Of a stretch of DNA of 64,000 bases, positions 10,739 through 24,590 are shown piece after piece (position 1 is the stretch's first letter; each line of letters starts with the position of its first letter). Source of the stretch: Marsupella aquatica (Eukaryota > Plantae > Marchantiophyta); NCBI GenBank assembly GCA_973895155.1, contig OZ316896.1, positions 5,345,303 through 5,409,302 of the forward strand, in the 5' to 3' direction. The notes below the pieces were generated by a model, which worked only from the letters and a program-made list of their open reading frames with translations, had not been told where the DNA came from and did no database searches. The position numbers were made by a program, and so were the translations under genes.

Positions 10739-13700
10739 TTACTCAATGTCTTCGTCGTCATCTTCACCGTCGCCTTCGTTTCCTCCAATCCCATCAAGCA
10801 AGACGTCAACGTCCTCACCAAGTTCTTCCAAACGTGCTCGCAGCTTCTCCACCTTACTCTCTTCTTGTCCCAGGCAGGCCAACAAGTCGTCCAGCTCACC
10901 CTCACTGTCTTTTTGTGTCTCTTGACCTTCCTCATGAGCAGCAGCCAAGGGCAACACACCCTTCCCTTCAAGAACCTTACGAAGTTCTTCAATTTCCTTC
11001 TCATATCTGTAATTATCCTGCTCCAAGTTGTTATAAGCCTCGGACAACCCTTGTAAATCAACCTCATACTTAGCAACTAGTTGCTTGTACTGTAGGAGTT
11101 CTCCCTCCAACGCTTCTTTTGCGTACTTTATTGCCTCTGCTCTTTGATATGCTTCCTTTAGTTGATCCTTCAGAGCCTCAGTCTCTGCTTTCGAAACTGA
11201 ACCTGGTGCACGATTTGCCAGTGGTTGCAAACCATCCTCGGAAGCGGCATCGTCACCTCTGCCATGTATACTCAAAAGTAAATCTTCTGCTAGGATGCTG
11301 TTCTTGTTTAGCAATTCCTGTACAAGCACGAGAATGCCCGACTTCAGCCAACCTCAGGAGAAACTTTTCTGAACATTAAACTTGACCAACAATCTTCAAA
11401 AAGAAAGTGAGCTTCTAGTTACCGCCAACAGCTCCTCCTCTAAAGGACAACATCATCATTACATTCAGACATGGAAACGGAGTCATATTGAGCTACCCCA
11501 CCAGATGAGAGCGTTAGGGTCAACAATCGATAAGATAACCAAGTAGGGAAGCAAAATTTTGAACCCAACCTGCAGTTCTCGAGCCTGATTCTGGAGTAAA
11601 GTTTGAAGCCTGGCAATATAGTCGCTTTCCTTTTCACCTTCCTTTGGCTCAAAGCCTGCTACATTAACTATACCTTGACTCTTGGGACGGGCAAACACCT
11701 CCACAATTTTGTCTCTGACCATGGGCTCAAGTCGTTTTATGAACGCCACGAATTCAGAATCATAAAAGGTTGTCACAGCCGGTTCTGTATTCTCATTACT
11801 GCCTACCTGTTTCCAGTCAATAGCGTCAGGAATAATGGCAGCAAGCCCGTCACCAGCAGCAGCTGCGGCAGCTGTTGACCTTGTCAAAGGCTTCGGCAGC
11901 CGTGAAGCAGTGGCAGCCGAAATGAAAAGTGGACTTGTTTGCATCTCGTCCCACTTAGAAAAGAAAGTTGTGAGTCCAACTCGTCCACTGATGACATCAA
12001 CAATCATTGGGGCGTCTTTGGAACCCTCGTCTATGGGATTATAAATTATACACTCACCCAGTAAAACGGCAGCTAGACCTGCAACGTGCACACTTGCAGG
12101 TGAACCACCGCTTGAAACTAGTTCAACAAGGAAAGGAAGGTGAGATGCTGGCTCCAGAAGAGCAGCAACGGCTGATGGGCAATCAGCAAGCCATGTCACC
12201 AAGAGGCGTAAGAGCACAGGTTGGAGCCAAATTGATCCTCCTCCTTGGGAGGAAGACAGCCCATCTGATACAGGTGGGGCTGCAGCTGCGAGATAGCGGA
12301 CGCAACGGGGCATCAAAAGTTCTGTTGGAGCCAAAGCTGATGAAGGGATTTCAAGTGGAATATGCAGCACCTGCAAATAGACAGCTCGTTATGACAGGCT
12401 CCCAAAACTTCATTGAACACATGTCATGTTTGACAACGACTTCGCGTCCTTAATATGCTTTCGCAATCAACCTCTCGCCTACCGTAACTGCCTCCAAGCA
12501 GGATAAATACAATTCAGTACATTTCGATACAATTGTCCCCAGTCCTGCCGTACATCTACAGCCATTTAGGACAGACACAATAATGAAAAACACCTCGTTA
12601 AAGCAGGGTATTTAAACCTTCCCGGAGTCCTTAAAAGTCTTTTTCTAAAATCTTGTGCCGAATTCATACAGGACAACCACAATAAGGACAGCGCCCATAC
12701 CCGCTCTTTGCAATGCACGTTGTCCTTCAAAATATGAGACAGGACACTTGCCGCTCTGCAGCTTGCCTGGGGTAATGTGCAACACTGTTGATCAACATAT
12801 TGTAGGCTAAATGGCAAGATCATCTTTCATCAAAATTGATAGCTTAGTGAAGATGAAATGGACAACGGGCATACCTCCAAGTCATTCCGGCCATCACTAG
12901 ATATAAGAGCACGCACAAGCATACTGCAAGGAGCAAAGGGCAATACTTGTTTGATGAGTACAGAATCCGAAGTTCAGAAACCTCATAATCACGCTCGTCT
13001 GAAGCTTTCTCAAAATTTTAAAATAAGCAGACCACATGTCCAGACAAATCTCAAAGAAATAGGAGTATTCGGGATCAACCTTCCAAATGATATATGTTGC
13101 TCGTCTTCTGAAGGCTGGCTAGCTCTAGTGTTGGAATGAGGTAGAGGCGTGATTGTAGATGCCAGCATTGTTTGCCCATCTGGATTTCCCTGAAAAAATG
13201 ACGCATATTTCATCAAGATAGATAGACAAGTCGACGGCAATAGAAAAAGCTATTGTAGAATATGGGTTTGATCGCTAAGAATATGGAATTAGTAAATAGG
13301 TCCTTGCAGTACGCTTTATCTGAACTTATAATTCCATCAAGGTCGGCGTCAACATGCACACCTGCTGGAGCATGGAGTTGTAAAATTACCTCACAGAAGC
13401 ACTTGAAGACATAGTCAGCAGCAATGCATTCATTGATATTGGATGTACGAAGCAATACTCTAAGAACTCCATGCAACGCAGGCTCAGCATCTGGCTCCTC
13501 CCCCACAATCTTACTCCCAAGCAGATCTCTGTTCTTACTATGCCCAACTACAAGATCCCCAATGCACCGTAATGCCTGGAAGAGGACAAACAAACAAAAA
13601 AGGTATCAGACAACAAATGAACAATCAAAATAATCACCGGAAAAATCTGAGGAGACCCCCAATTGCGAGAAATGAGCCAAAGGCCAAGTCATTTGAACCA

Positions 13701-16700
13701 GGAACAATCTGCTCCAAATATACATGCTACTCGATTAACGCGATCAACAAAAGACGATGATGGCTTCAGTTTGACGTGACAAACTATGCACATTTTGGAA
13801 TATATTTCAAAGAGATCGAAAGAGTTTTGGTACAAACCGAGCAACGTATCGCCACAGCTGATACTCGACCTTCAACACAAAGAGCCAGCAACATGTCCAG
13901 GAGCTTGTTCTGAATTGAATAATCATGTTATAAAATCAGGAAAAGTGATTCAATTATCAAGTTAAACACATAGGCAGCCAAGTTTGAATTAAGGACGCCA
14001 AGGTACCGTTAGCAAAACGCGTCCTGGAAAGTCGAGCATTCCCTGACAAGACACACACTTTTATGGATGCATAAACCAAAATTTGAAAGGGTGGTGAATA
14101 AACCTGACACAAGAGGGTTTGGTTGGCTACGACGTTTGAATCCTTGCTCGGTACAGAATTTGGGCTACCGGCCAACAGAAGTGTAACCGTCTCCAACGCA
14201 CAAAGGAGGTTCACTGACTGCCAAGTTTTAGAGATCCACAAGTGAGATTTCCACAAGAAAATATGCAACGGACAGAACAATAGACCATATCCTACCCACT
14301 CCACCGGTTCAGGACAATACATGTTCGTGTTCAAGTCATCTTGTATTCGCTTAGTTGTCGGTTCCCTAACCTTTTGTTCAGAAAACCCATCAGCACTGCC
14401 TTTGCGTAACTTCAGAAGACCTGCCACTTGATTCAAACCAAATGTCTCTCGCAAAAACACCTGCAGAAGTAAAAGGTGACATTATAGATCAGACGCATGC
14501 AGAACAGTGGAAGATTTGCTACCCGACCCTTCCAGTTCAACTCGCAACAAGAATTTCACACTTTCAGACCATTGATACTTTTTCAAGGATCTCCAGTAAT
14601 GTGATTAAATCCTGATGGTCCTCGCCACTGTGTAATTGGCTAGAAACAAAAAGTCTTTACTCGTCTGCTCCACACCAATATTTGGCAACTCCACTTTGGC
14701 CTAGGTTAGCAAGGCGTTAAGCCTTATGTCACTCTGGAATTCAATCTGTATAAAAGATAATTACCTGATTGGAGGCATTGTTTCTGATGAGGTTGTTGAG
14801 CAGCTCTAAACAGTCCTGTTTTGTGGCATACATTGGATGCACGGCCAAAATGGTCAAAGTCAGCGTCAATACAAACATCCGCCGCGCAGTTCCTTTTAAA
14901 ACTGGCCATGAAACCACAAGAGCTGATTGTTACCTGGACAATGATACCACCTTCCGAACCGCCTTCTTCTGAAACAATCGCGAATATTTTTTCAAAGGCA
15001 CCCTCAAATACAACAATTTTCTGAATTTCCTGCGATCCCCAAAAACATTTGTCACGATCATTACTGCACGCCAATCCTGCCAGCTTATCAGCTGACTGCC
15101 GCATGCAAAGCTACGTCGATCGAATGCTAAGCAGTGAACAGCAGAAAAAATGAAATACAAGATAACCAACGAAACTGTCCACCGTTGCTGCCTTCCAGAT
15201 GCTAATCATAGACCTCACATTACTTCACTGTGTCTCTCTAGGAAAAGTGAGAAAATTAAAAAGCCGTTTTTCTTTGCTACAATTAATTTACGATATATTT
15301 TCCTGGCAAGTGGCAAAGCACTCCAAAGCTACTCACCTCTGCCTCACGTGTTAGGTAGGTGAGGAGCAGCAACGCTTCATTTCGGATCACCTGTAAAAAG
15401 GAAGATTTTTTAGATCATAGGCTCTATCTCAGACACCAACAGAGTAAATTTTTCGATGAATGGTGACGTTGAAGTACGACCGTCAATCATGATTTCTTAA
15501 GATCAGTTCTGTACATGTTACTGGATACTCGTTTGTTTTTGCAGAGTATTCTAACCTCGCGCTCTTGCATCATGTCCATAAGGCGTATGATTCCATGGGG
15601 AGTCGCCAAAATTACTTCCTGCAACCTGTACATGTGCATCAAGGCCAAAAGAAGCGAAGCCCTCAGTCGACCACAGGAAGATGAGAAAAGCAAGGAGTAC
15701 AGAAACCAAGAATAGAGTACCTTCACCAAATTATCTGTCTCAACTCAAGGGCGAGATACTCAATGCAAATAAGCCCTTGATTCTAAACCGAAATTCATCA
15801 AACGCACCTGCCTGGGGAATGAGTCAGCAGTGCTGTCAGCACTTGCAGAGTATAATAACGCACATAGAAGTCGACTTCATCCTAGAAAGAGTAACGTTCA
15901 ATCCAGTGAGAAGCCGGATTACTCCATTCAATAAACAGAGCCACGATATCATTCAATCGAGATACACTACTTTACTTGACCAAGACTGAAAACAAATGTA
16001 CATGATGACTTTATCTGATACCACGTACAAAAGTCGAGGAAATTCAATCAAAGACAATGAAACAGACGGCAACAGCAGCATGACCACCTCTGCTAGCACT
16101 GAAAACGACTCAGAGATAGCTTAGGGAATCCGGTTGAAGAGGAATCAGTACAAACCAGAAGACTCAAGATCAGCGCCACGCCATCAGTTTCTCTTGCAAA
16201 TAGTTCAGAGTTGACAACATGTGGCATCATTTGTCCTTGCCCTTCTTGTGGTGGTCCATCTGAAGTTACAGCAGCAAGAAGGGTCTCTAGACCTCCTCTA
16301 AGCTGTACCAAAAACTGATCCCGGTCAAACTAAAAAGAAAATAGGAGAAGAATTCCCAACATGATCAAGGAAAACACAAGCTTGCTATACTGGCTTTCCC
16401 GTGTTGAGCTCCTCCATGTAGGTCATGGACTCCACCCACACGGGACATGTCGCCAAACCAGAAGGTGCAATTCTATCGGACGACAACGTAGTCTGGAAAG
16501 AATTTCGGAATCATGGTATAATCGGGGCACAACAATTTGGGGATTGATGGAGATACGTCCACAACTAGGCGATAGAAATTCGAACTGAACAAACGAGTGG
16601 ACGTGGAAACCTTGAACAATTTCGGAATCATGGTATAATCGGGGCACAAAATTTGGGGATTGATGGAGATACATCCACAACTAGGCGATAGAAATTCGAA

Positions 16701-18617
16701 CTGAACAACCGAGTGGACGTGGAAACCTTGAACAAGTACGTCAACCAACACAAAAACCAAGATACTGGATTTCGTTTTGGAATAGAATACAGAGTCCCAA
16801 AGACTCAAAAATGTTGTCAGAATAAATAAATAATATTCAAAAGAGAATAGTAAGATCCAGAATTAAGGGTGCATATCCATTCAGTGCACATATGATTGGA
16901 ACAAACGCAACTCGAAACAACATATGACCTGAAACTCACCATGTCTATATCTTCACGATCCTCCCGGAAGATGGACATCATCACTGGGAAACCTGACGTC
17001 AAAAAACAAAAATCCTATCATGTTCAAAACTCGACAACAGCCAAATGAGCGCTGAAATCCACCATACGCACCACAGGTGGCAGTCTCAGTTGCACAAGCA
17101 ACTACCTCAAGACGTAAAGATAATGACTGAAGAATTGCACTAGGTTCAGGAGTAGAAGCTGCCCATCAATGTCAGGCAACCTAAGGCAAGCTACCATAGC
17201 TCACACTGGCTTCAGGTCACATTTCGGCGCGTTATGACATCCTCTATTTCTGACACAGCTAGAAACAAAGGTCTGTGGAAAGTCTGAAGCCTCTGAGCAG
17301 TGAGGGAAATGCCTGCCAAAACTTTAGCGCCCTTAGAACAGATCATCCAGAAGCAAAGAGACTTCCTATCAACTACTCCATGGTCCGAAAGGAACGTCCT
17401 GTGAGTGGAAGCAAGGGACACCGTCGCAGTGCTATAAATATTGCACATCAGTCAATTTATCTGTGCTACACAATGTGCAAGGTTACTTCAGATACAAAAT
17501 TTCCCAACAGCTTGTTCGAGGCCTTACCAATAGATCCAAACGCCATCTTAGCTGAACGATCCTCAGCAACCACGACCTGTAAATCTGATATTGCGGCTCT
17601 GCGATCATCTTGAAGGACGCCATGTTGAATTCTTTCCAAAAGCCGTTGTACCCCCCTGAAATTATGAGCCACACGAAGCTGTTAAAGTACATTCAATTAA
17701 GTTCAGGTTCAAGCTTCACATCCGTAGGACCACTTCTATTCAGTGAAACAGGTATGACTAAACCCCTCTGCTTAAACGACTTAACCACGCAGCGCCTTAA
17801 AATCAACTTATGAGATCGACGATACTGCTATAATGGACCAGGAGCATCGCTAAACAGTGTTCATAGGAGCTCAAATGTGTAGTCATATCTTACAAGACCA
17901 ATTCTCGGGACACCTTCACCAAACTCACAACACCAACTCGCAGTTTGTATATCTACGACAGGATTCACACCATATTGTACAAACAGAACATACCCGTCAT
18001 CCGGTGCAGTTTTGTCACCGGATCCAAAGACCAGCCCTCCAACGCCCTGTTTACGAACACCGGCAGCAGCAAAAGTGAATTAGATTGCAATTGGCAAGGT
18101 GACAAGTCCAGATTCCAAGTTTTTACCGTAGTTTACATTGTGCCCTCATCACACAACGACATAGTACAAAAAGCTTCGAGAGGAGCTTTTAGGAATATCA
18201 ATTAGAGCAGAGTTTAGAGAATCTTCAGTGAACAGAACTTTGCGCAAAATTCAGGGAAGCTTCAGTGAAAGTCAAGACACATGGCGTACCACATAAAGGA
18301 GATTTTCAGTGACAAGCAGCATCCTCAGTGCTAGAACACGCAAGAATTCTAGCTCCTTCTAAAAGCGATGAGAAAGGGAGCAGAGATCCCATGGGGACCA
18401 GCACCAAGCTGAGGCAAATTGCCTTGCGTGAGACTCAAAACGCAACGATCCGAATTCGGAATCTGCTCACTCACTACATAAATCAAATAAGAGGTCTCCA
18501 GACATGTAGTCAGACCGGCTAAACTGACTGAAACTCTCATGAACAGTTGTGGCAGGAGGCCAAGCCACTCACCTGCGCTACGGCATTTAAACTGAGCGAT
18601 CCCAGCCTGAACGCCAT
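10739..18617 (-). CDS. GC6: Golgin candidate 6 / p115 / USO1 vesicle-tethering factor, about 19 exons
   Basis: Spliced model MAFRLGSLSLNAVAQ|GVGGLVFG...|VQRLLERIQHGVLQDDRRAAISDLQ...|DFYVRYYTLQVLTALL|LMDMMQERE|VIRNEALLLLTYLTREAE|EIQKIVVFEGAFEKIF...|DCLELLNNL..., then a coiled coil and C-terminal ELDDLLACLGQEESKVEKLRARLEELGEDV plus an acidic tail. The junctions I checked are GT-AG. Confidence 0.95.
16501..16735. repeat. 117-bp near-perfect tandem duplication in a GC6 intron
   Basis: aatttcggaatcatggtataatcggggcac...ggaaaccttgaac at 16501 and 16618. Confidence 0.95.
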
Positions 18618-18706
18618 CGTTGGTCGTCCGTCCGCCTACCGCGTCGCTACCAAACCATTTCAGTTCAGCTTCTTCTTCTTCTTCGTCGTTTGATTTTAGT
18701 CTTCTT

Positions 18707-18734
18707 TGTCGTCGTCGTCGTCGTCGTCGTCGTC
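18707..18734. repeat. (TCG)n microsatellite upstream of the GC6 start codon
   Basis: Run of gtcgtcgtc... Confidence 0.9.
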
Positions 18735-21359
18735 ACCTTCTTCAATAAGGGCGTCTCAAAGTGAGAAACTGTTCTTCAGGGCGAAAAAAACTAGTGGGAG
18801 CCAACACCCACTCATTGACAAAAAAATTGCCAAGGGAGAAAATAGGATGTCGAGCTTTGTGTCTCATGGGTTTGTAAATGGAAGGTGACGACTGGTACCA
18901 CCTCGTTGTGATGAAAGCCTGATGTGCTTGTAGATTCTTCAACCACATTTTAGAGGATATGGGTTGTCCAGAATTTTGCTTACAGCCAAATACTTTAATG
19001 GACTAGCTCGTCATTTCCGCCTATCACCACTTTACTTGCATGGCATAATTAGGGTTTTGGTTCCAATTCCTGCTCTCTTAATTTGTTAAAATCCGGGACC
19101 GCTTTCTTATGACTCCTGCCATAAAATACCAATGCTACTGTCCAATGAACTACTTATCTTTCTTTGTCCTCCGGACCTTTTTCTAGGAAATGGGCTCGTT
19201 AAGACCGAAGTGTTTGCAGCACTAGTGGATCGCATTTCAAAGAGAGAGCAGGAATTACACCCGTTATTTAACATACCAAAAGCCATAATAAGTAATCGAT
19301 GAACCTACAAGTAGGTCTTCTAGTTTGCAATCTGACCACGACATGGAAAGAAGCTGGCAAGTAAAGTATCTTCCGCAAAATTGCCCACTGGAAAATTTCT
19401 AGAATGTGCCATATCACACTAGTTTGTTTCAACCAAAATCTTAGTAGAGGACACGAACAAAACATAGCAAAGAAAAACTCCAGTATATGATCTCACCTCA
19501 GCGGGGGTCAGCTGAGCCGCAATTCGATCACGAACGGTCCCTGGCCGCCCTAGGATTCGGAAAACGACGTTGCCCAGCAGGGAACCGGGCCACTAACTAC
19601 GTTTGCTGCATTCATCAATGAGGAATGTTATCGAGAAATTCCAGTCTTGTCAGGAGTGTCATAGTTGCGATGTACAATATAGCTTTTGACATAACAGTGT
19701 TACATATTAATGTTTAGGACAACAATTTCAGACAGAAAAAGTTCTTGTCTTAGAAATATTGAAATATATTCGTTACATCGGCTACAACCTCCACTTATGG
19801 CAACAGTCATGATTGTGGTCTGTTGTAGACGCTAAAATTTAGGGTTTCTTCAGACGAATGATAGTATGTGGAAAGTGGGATGCTGACTTCATCCAAACAA
19901 CGTCAATTTCGAACCAGATTTCACTTGACGGTACAGGGACAGGTTAACAGCAATCGCGAGAGGGGTTCGGTGATCAATTGGCGGTACTTTAGCTCATCTT
20001 TTCATTCAAATTACAGTACATAAACTACAGTACGCAGATAAGTCTCTCTTCGAAAACCACAATAGCGTCTGACCTAGTTTTTTCAGACGCGGTCTTCCCT
20101 TCTCTTTAACGTCGTAAACGCAATGCTGCACTTGCCTTCCTCCAAAGAAATTGGGCATAAGTGTACCGTGGCATTTTCCAGATTACCCGTGAAGGGAGCT
20201 GCTGCAAGTAACTACTCGGACATTACAAGATACACTCGGATTTTACCGACAGAGTAGTAGATGACTAACAAAATCAATCCTGGATTGGAGAAATTGGTAG
20301 TTCCTAGAGAAGCGGTTCTCTTCGAAACGAGGGCGAGTTCATGAACAGGGGAGGGGGCATGATTCTTCCCATGCATCTCAAGCTTCTTCTCTATCTGTAA
20401 TTCCAAAGAAAAAAGACCTAGACTGGTGACGGACAAGACAAATTCTAAAAGCTTACTTGTGAGGAACCTGGACGCATTTATTTGGAAGAATGATGGCTGT
20501 ACTGTCTTTCGCAGCGCAAACTCGGCAAACTTCCAAGACAAGCTTAGAAGAAAGTCATGTTTTTATCGTATCGTGTGCTCCAGACCAGATTTACCGAACT
20601 CAACAAATCAATGACTCTAGATTCACGAGTTACCTCTTTCTCTACTCAACGACTTTCTTATCTGCTCTTGACAGCCAGTTAATGCCTCTCAGCTGTAGAC
20701 TTCGAAGAGCTTTGCCGACCTTCCCTTGAGACTCCCTAACAAACTCCGAAGGCCACAACAAGCTCCTCTTCTTCCTCCTTCCCGTGATGGTTCCCCATCG
20801 TCGCCCGCAAGCTCTCAATCCATCATTCTCCTCTCAGGCTCTCATCTGCCGCCCTTCTCTATTGCTTCATCCTAATCATCATCATCATCATCATTGCAGA
20901 ATTATTACCAATGATGACTGCAAATCAATTTACAAAAATGCGGCCTCCTCCTTTCACGACGTGCCTCGTCTCCCTCCTTTTGTCTGTGCCGGTCTGTGGA
21001 CTGGCGAAAGACAATTCCTTCATGAATTCATGCATTCATTCATCCATTTATTCGTTCTAGCTATCGATTCTGCTCTATCGCATCGGGGCGCATTGCTCTC
21101 GCATCGACATTCGGGCGTTGGCAAGTGGGCGAGCTCCGACTCTACTGTAACGTGTGAGGAATAAAGTAAGACAGTCAACCGTGTATAAGTGCATCGTGGA
21201 TGGATAAGTGCATTGCTTGGTTAAGTGCAGGCCGGCCATGCACTCCCTAATTCTTCATGATTTTTTCTTTAAATAAAAACAGCAAGGGAACAAAGACCAC
21301 CCAAGCTGAGAGCACAAAAAGCACCCAGGGCACCAGGGGGAGGGATGTGGCTCCCTTAG

Positions 21360-21620
21360 TCTAGTTTGCATAAGTGCAAGTAGACCCGGACAAAACTCCT
21401 CTAACTATGGGCACTAATATTACAGAATTTTCTTTGTAAATGCACCAAAAAATTGTAGTTTGCATAAGTGCAAGGAGACCCTCACTAAACTATAAAATAT
21501 TGGCACTGAATATTGTGGTGAGTTCACTTTGTAAATCCATAAAAAAATGCAGTTTACATAAGAGCGAGTATTTTCTTACTAAACTATAAAAGATTGGCAC
21601 TAACCGACAAATACATAAGT
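21360..21620. repeat. 3 x ~95-bp degenerate tandem repeat within a TAAGTGCA-rich tract (21185-21705)
   Basis: agtttgcataagtgcaag...ggcact...tttgtaaat repeated. Confidence 0.75.
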
Positions 21621-23499
21621 GCATTTTCACATTTCTATCTATAAGTGTACACATGCATTTATCAATCACTTGAATGTACACATAATGCATTTATTGATAA
21701 GTGCAAAAAACAAATACAAAAAGAAGTTTCATGCGTTTATCCACTTGAATCTTGCCATAGGTGGGCTGAGGCATGAGGACTCTGATGTGTGTGACCTGAC
21801 TAGATAATAGTCATGTATTGGAACCCATCCACTAACCCAAAATCCCTGCCTCTAAAAATGGGCTAGCATTGCATGGAATGGATTGGACCTGACTTTCTAC
21901 ATTTTTGCATCTAATTTATGTACTTGGTTGGGTACACCCACGGACAACAAGGCTTTCCAGTTATTGCCAAAGACTCCTTTAAGGAATCCTTAGACAATAC
22001 ACCTTGGCAAGTAACCTCTGTTGTCTTTACATCACACACAGATGGGAAGGTGTGCAGCCCGGTCCATATAGGGTGACAACTAACTGGGGAGACGCCACAG
22101 TAGGGACTCACTAGCATGCCGAGCAAGGTGTGATAAGTGTTAGGAAGTGACTCGAGTTCCCAACTTCACTTAGTTTGGCCTTACTAGAGTTAGTTACCCT
22201 TGGTCCCATTAGGATAAGATCCGTTTAGACTAGGGTCACATATCTCAACCACCCAATGGTATAAGTTGGAGTGAGTTTCTTCACATGTATTCTCATATGC
22301 TATGGATATTTCATGAGTTTCTCCACTCGTGGTGTCTTGTCGGTGTAGCGTTGGATTGAGTGTGCTCTCATGTTCCACATTTGTTGTCCACATTTGTTGT
22401 CTAGTCTGAGTCAAAGGTTTCTTACAGTAAGTGTCAAGGAAGGTAGCCTGGACCTTTGAGAAACCATGAATCATCACCTTGACATGCATGTAGTCCCTGC
22501 TTCCTTCCGTACAACACACGTAGTGTATTGGCCTTACAAGTTGACTTGTAAGTGATGAACTATGGACCTTATACCTTGGCATGGAATCCCTATTGTCTTT
22601 ACACCATGCTGAGTTGGGACAAGAGATTGGCTAGATGGGGGTGTGATGCCAAACCTATGTCTTGGTGGGGTTTACATTTTCACTCAATGGGGTCAATATA
22701 GTGTAGTGCTAGGTGACACCTTGCAAAACGCCATTGGGTCCTTTTTGTGTGGTGTTTTGCAAAAGTTTTTGAGTCATCCTCTAGTTGTTGGGAAAAAAAG
22801 AAATAAAATAGGTTTTGCTGTCTAAGATGTGTAGAAATGATCACAATATAAGGACTCGGAACTTTGTCAGAGTTGAACATTTGGTTTGGAATTCTTTGGT
22901 AGTGATATAGGGTAACCCATCTCTAAGAGGGGGTAATGGGATCTAATCCAATAGGGCCCTGAGCCCGAGGGGGTTACAGCCCATTACCCTATGTGGGGAG
23001 GACTTACCGAGTCCAGCTCAAAATTGAACCTGGCAGTCCCCATCCCTAGAGAACACTCTGGTAGCATGCAAGGTAATACATTAGAACACTACATCAAGTG
23101 TATACGTTTCCACTTGCACAAATAAATGTCTAGTAGGAGGGTGTGGAGGCCTTACAGGTTGACATGTAACTGGGAGGCAGTACAGCAGGACTGACATGTC
23201 AAGTGAGGTGTGCTTTGTGGCGAGAAGGGTCTGCAGTCGGCACTACGCCACAGCAGAAACTATAGGTGGAGAATTTCATGGCCTGGGGTAAAGGTGATGA
23301 TCCGCGAGCTTCATATCTGTTCTTCGCTTCCTGTGGACAGGCCGCTGGGGTTTTCCAAATCTCGATCACTTCGCCTTTGCCGATTGCTTGGATTCGCTAC
23401 AGGGTTTACTCGTTGATTGTTGGGCTTGGGACTTTGCTGGTGGATCACAACTCAACGGAGAGGAGAGGAGCAATTCAGTAGAGGAGTTGCGCTCGAGAA

Positions 23500-23638
23500 A
23501 TGGCGCAAGCAATGCTCACAAGGCCGCTAGCTCCGGCGGTGGTCGCTGCTCCTTCGTCTGCACAAAACAAGCAGCTGCTGCATCATCCCTCGTCCATGTC
23601 CTCGTTTCTGCGCTTGCCCTCCTCGGTATACCGGTAGG

Positions 23639-23686
<48 letters not shown>

Positions 23687-24408
23687 TGGTGGGAGAGGCA
23701 AGGGAAAGGCTGTGAAACTTATGGAGCAATTCATTCAGTTTTTGGACTGAGCCCATCGTTGAGAGGGTTGCGGTTGATTTTGAATTCAATTCTTTCAAAT
23801 GACTCCCTTTTGTTTACAGTGGTCAGAGGATGGCCAGCACTTTCTCCTCCGTGAAGGGCAGCAGCGATTTTCCTCGAGCCTCCTGCGTTTCTTTGCGCTG
23901 CAGCATTCACCCGGTTGAGAGCTCGGCGCAGAAAGGGTTTGTCCACTTCACAAGGAATTTCTTCCGGGTTTTGGAATCGGTGGCTCCGACGGTGGTTCGG
24001 ATGGGCGACGCCCTCAGGGATGCGGTCCAAAAACCGAACACAGAAGAGGAGGTGCAGCTCCTGACTGCTCTCAAGGGGAGGATGGTATGTGCAGCAGCAC
24101 CGCTTTTTTTCGCTGCTATAAGTCAGTCAGTGAACACTCCTCTTACTGTTGTTGCTAGTGGAATGGCCAAGTGGCTTGAGCTCTACAGCGGGGTTCTAAT
24201 GGTACGAGTTCTTCTGAGTTGGTTCCCTAATATTCCTTGGGAGAGGCAACCGCTTCAAGCCATGCGCGACATGTGCGACCCTTACCTAAATCTCTTTAGA
24301 AACATCATTCCTCCACTCTTTAATGCTCTAGATTTGAGCCCCATGTTGGCCTTTCTGGTCTTGGGAGTACTCACATCCATCCTCAACACCACTGTCCAGG
24401 CTTCTTAG
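23500..24408 (+). CDS. YLMG1: YlmG/YGGT-family plastid membrane protein (YLMG1 type), 2 exons (23500-23633, 23820-24408), ~240 aa
   Basis: YGGT domain WLELYSGVLMVRVLLSWFPNIPWERQPL...DPYLNLFRNIIPP...DLSPMLAF. An upstream exon MAQAMLTRPLAPAVVAAPSS... splices in frame (CG|gtaggc ... ttacag|T) and extends the transit peptide. Confidence 0.93.
23640..23681. repeat. (CT)~20 microsatellite in the YLMG1 intron
   Basis: Direct reading. Confidence 0.97.
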
Positions 24409-24410
24409 GT

Positions 24411-24590
24411 ATTTCAGTGGAATCACCGGCGCACCCCATTAGACTTGGGGATTATAAGAATGTTTACTTTCTCCGAATGTATGAAGGATGAAAATTGATT
24501 TCAGTGGGATCACCCACGCACCCAATTCGATTGGGGTTTACAATAGTCTTTACTTTGTGAGCTATCCGCGAATGCATGAATGACGAAAAT
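24411..24590. repeat. ~88-bp degenerate duplication just after the YLMG1 stop
   Basis: atttcagtgg(a/g)atcacc..cgcaccc at 24411 and 24498. Confidence 0.75.

Noticed and set aside
19501-19595. tRNA-like start GCGGGGGTCAGCT
   Set aside because: No properly spaced T-loop or acceptor stem.
21900-23100. Possible TE or pseudogene relic (130-aa minus-strand ORF)
   Set aside because: No recognisable motif, so it cannot be supported without a search.
23516-23798. Minus-strand ORFs with (ER)n/(RE)n runs
   Set aside because: Translation of the intronic (CT)n microsatellite.
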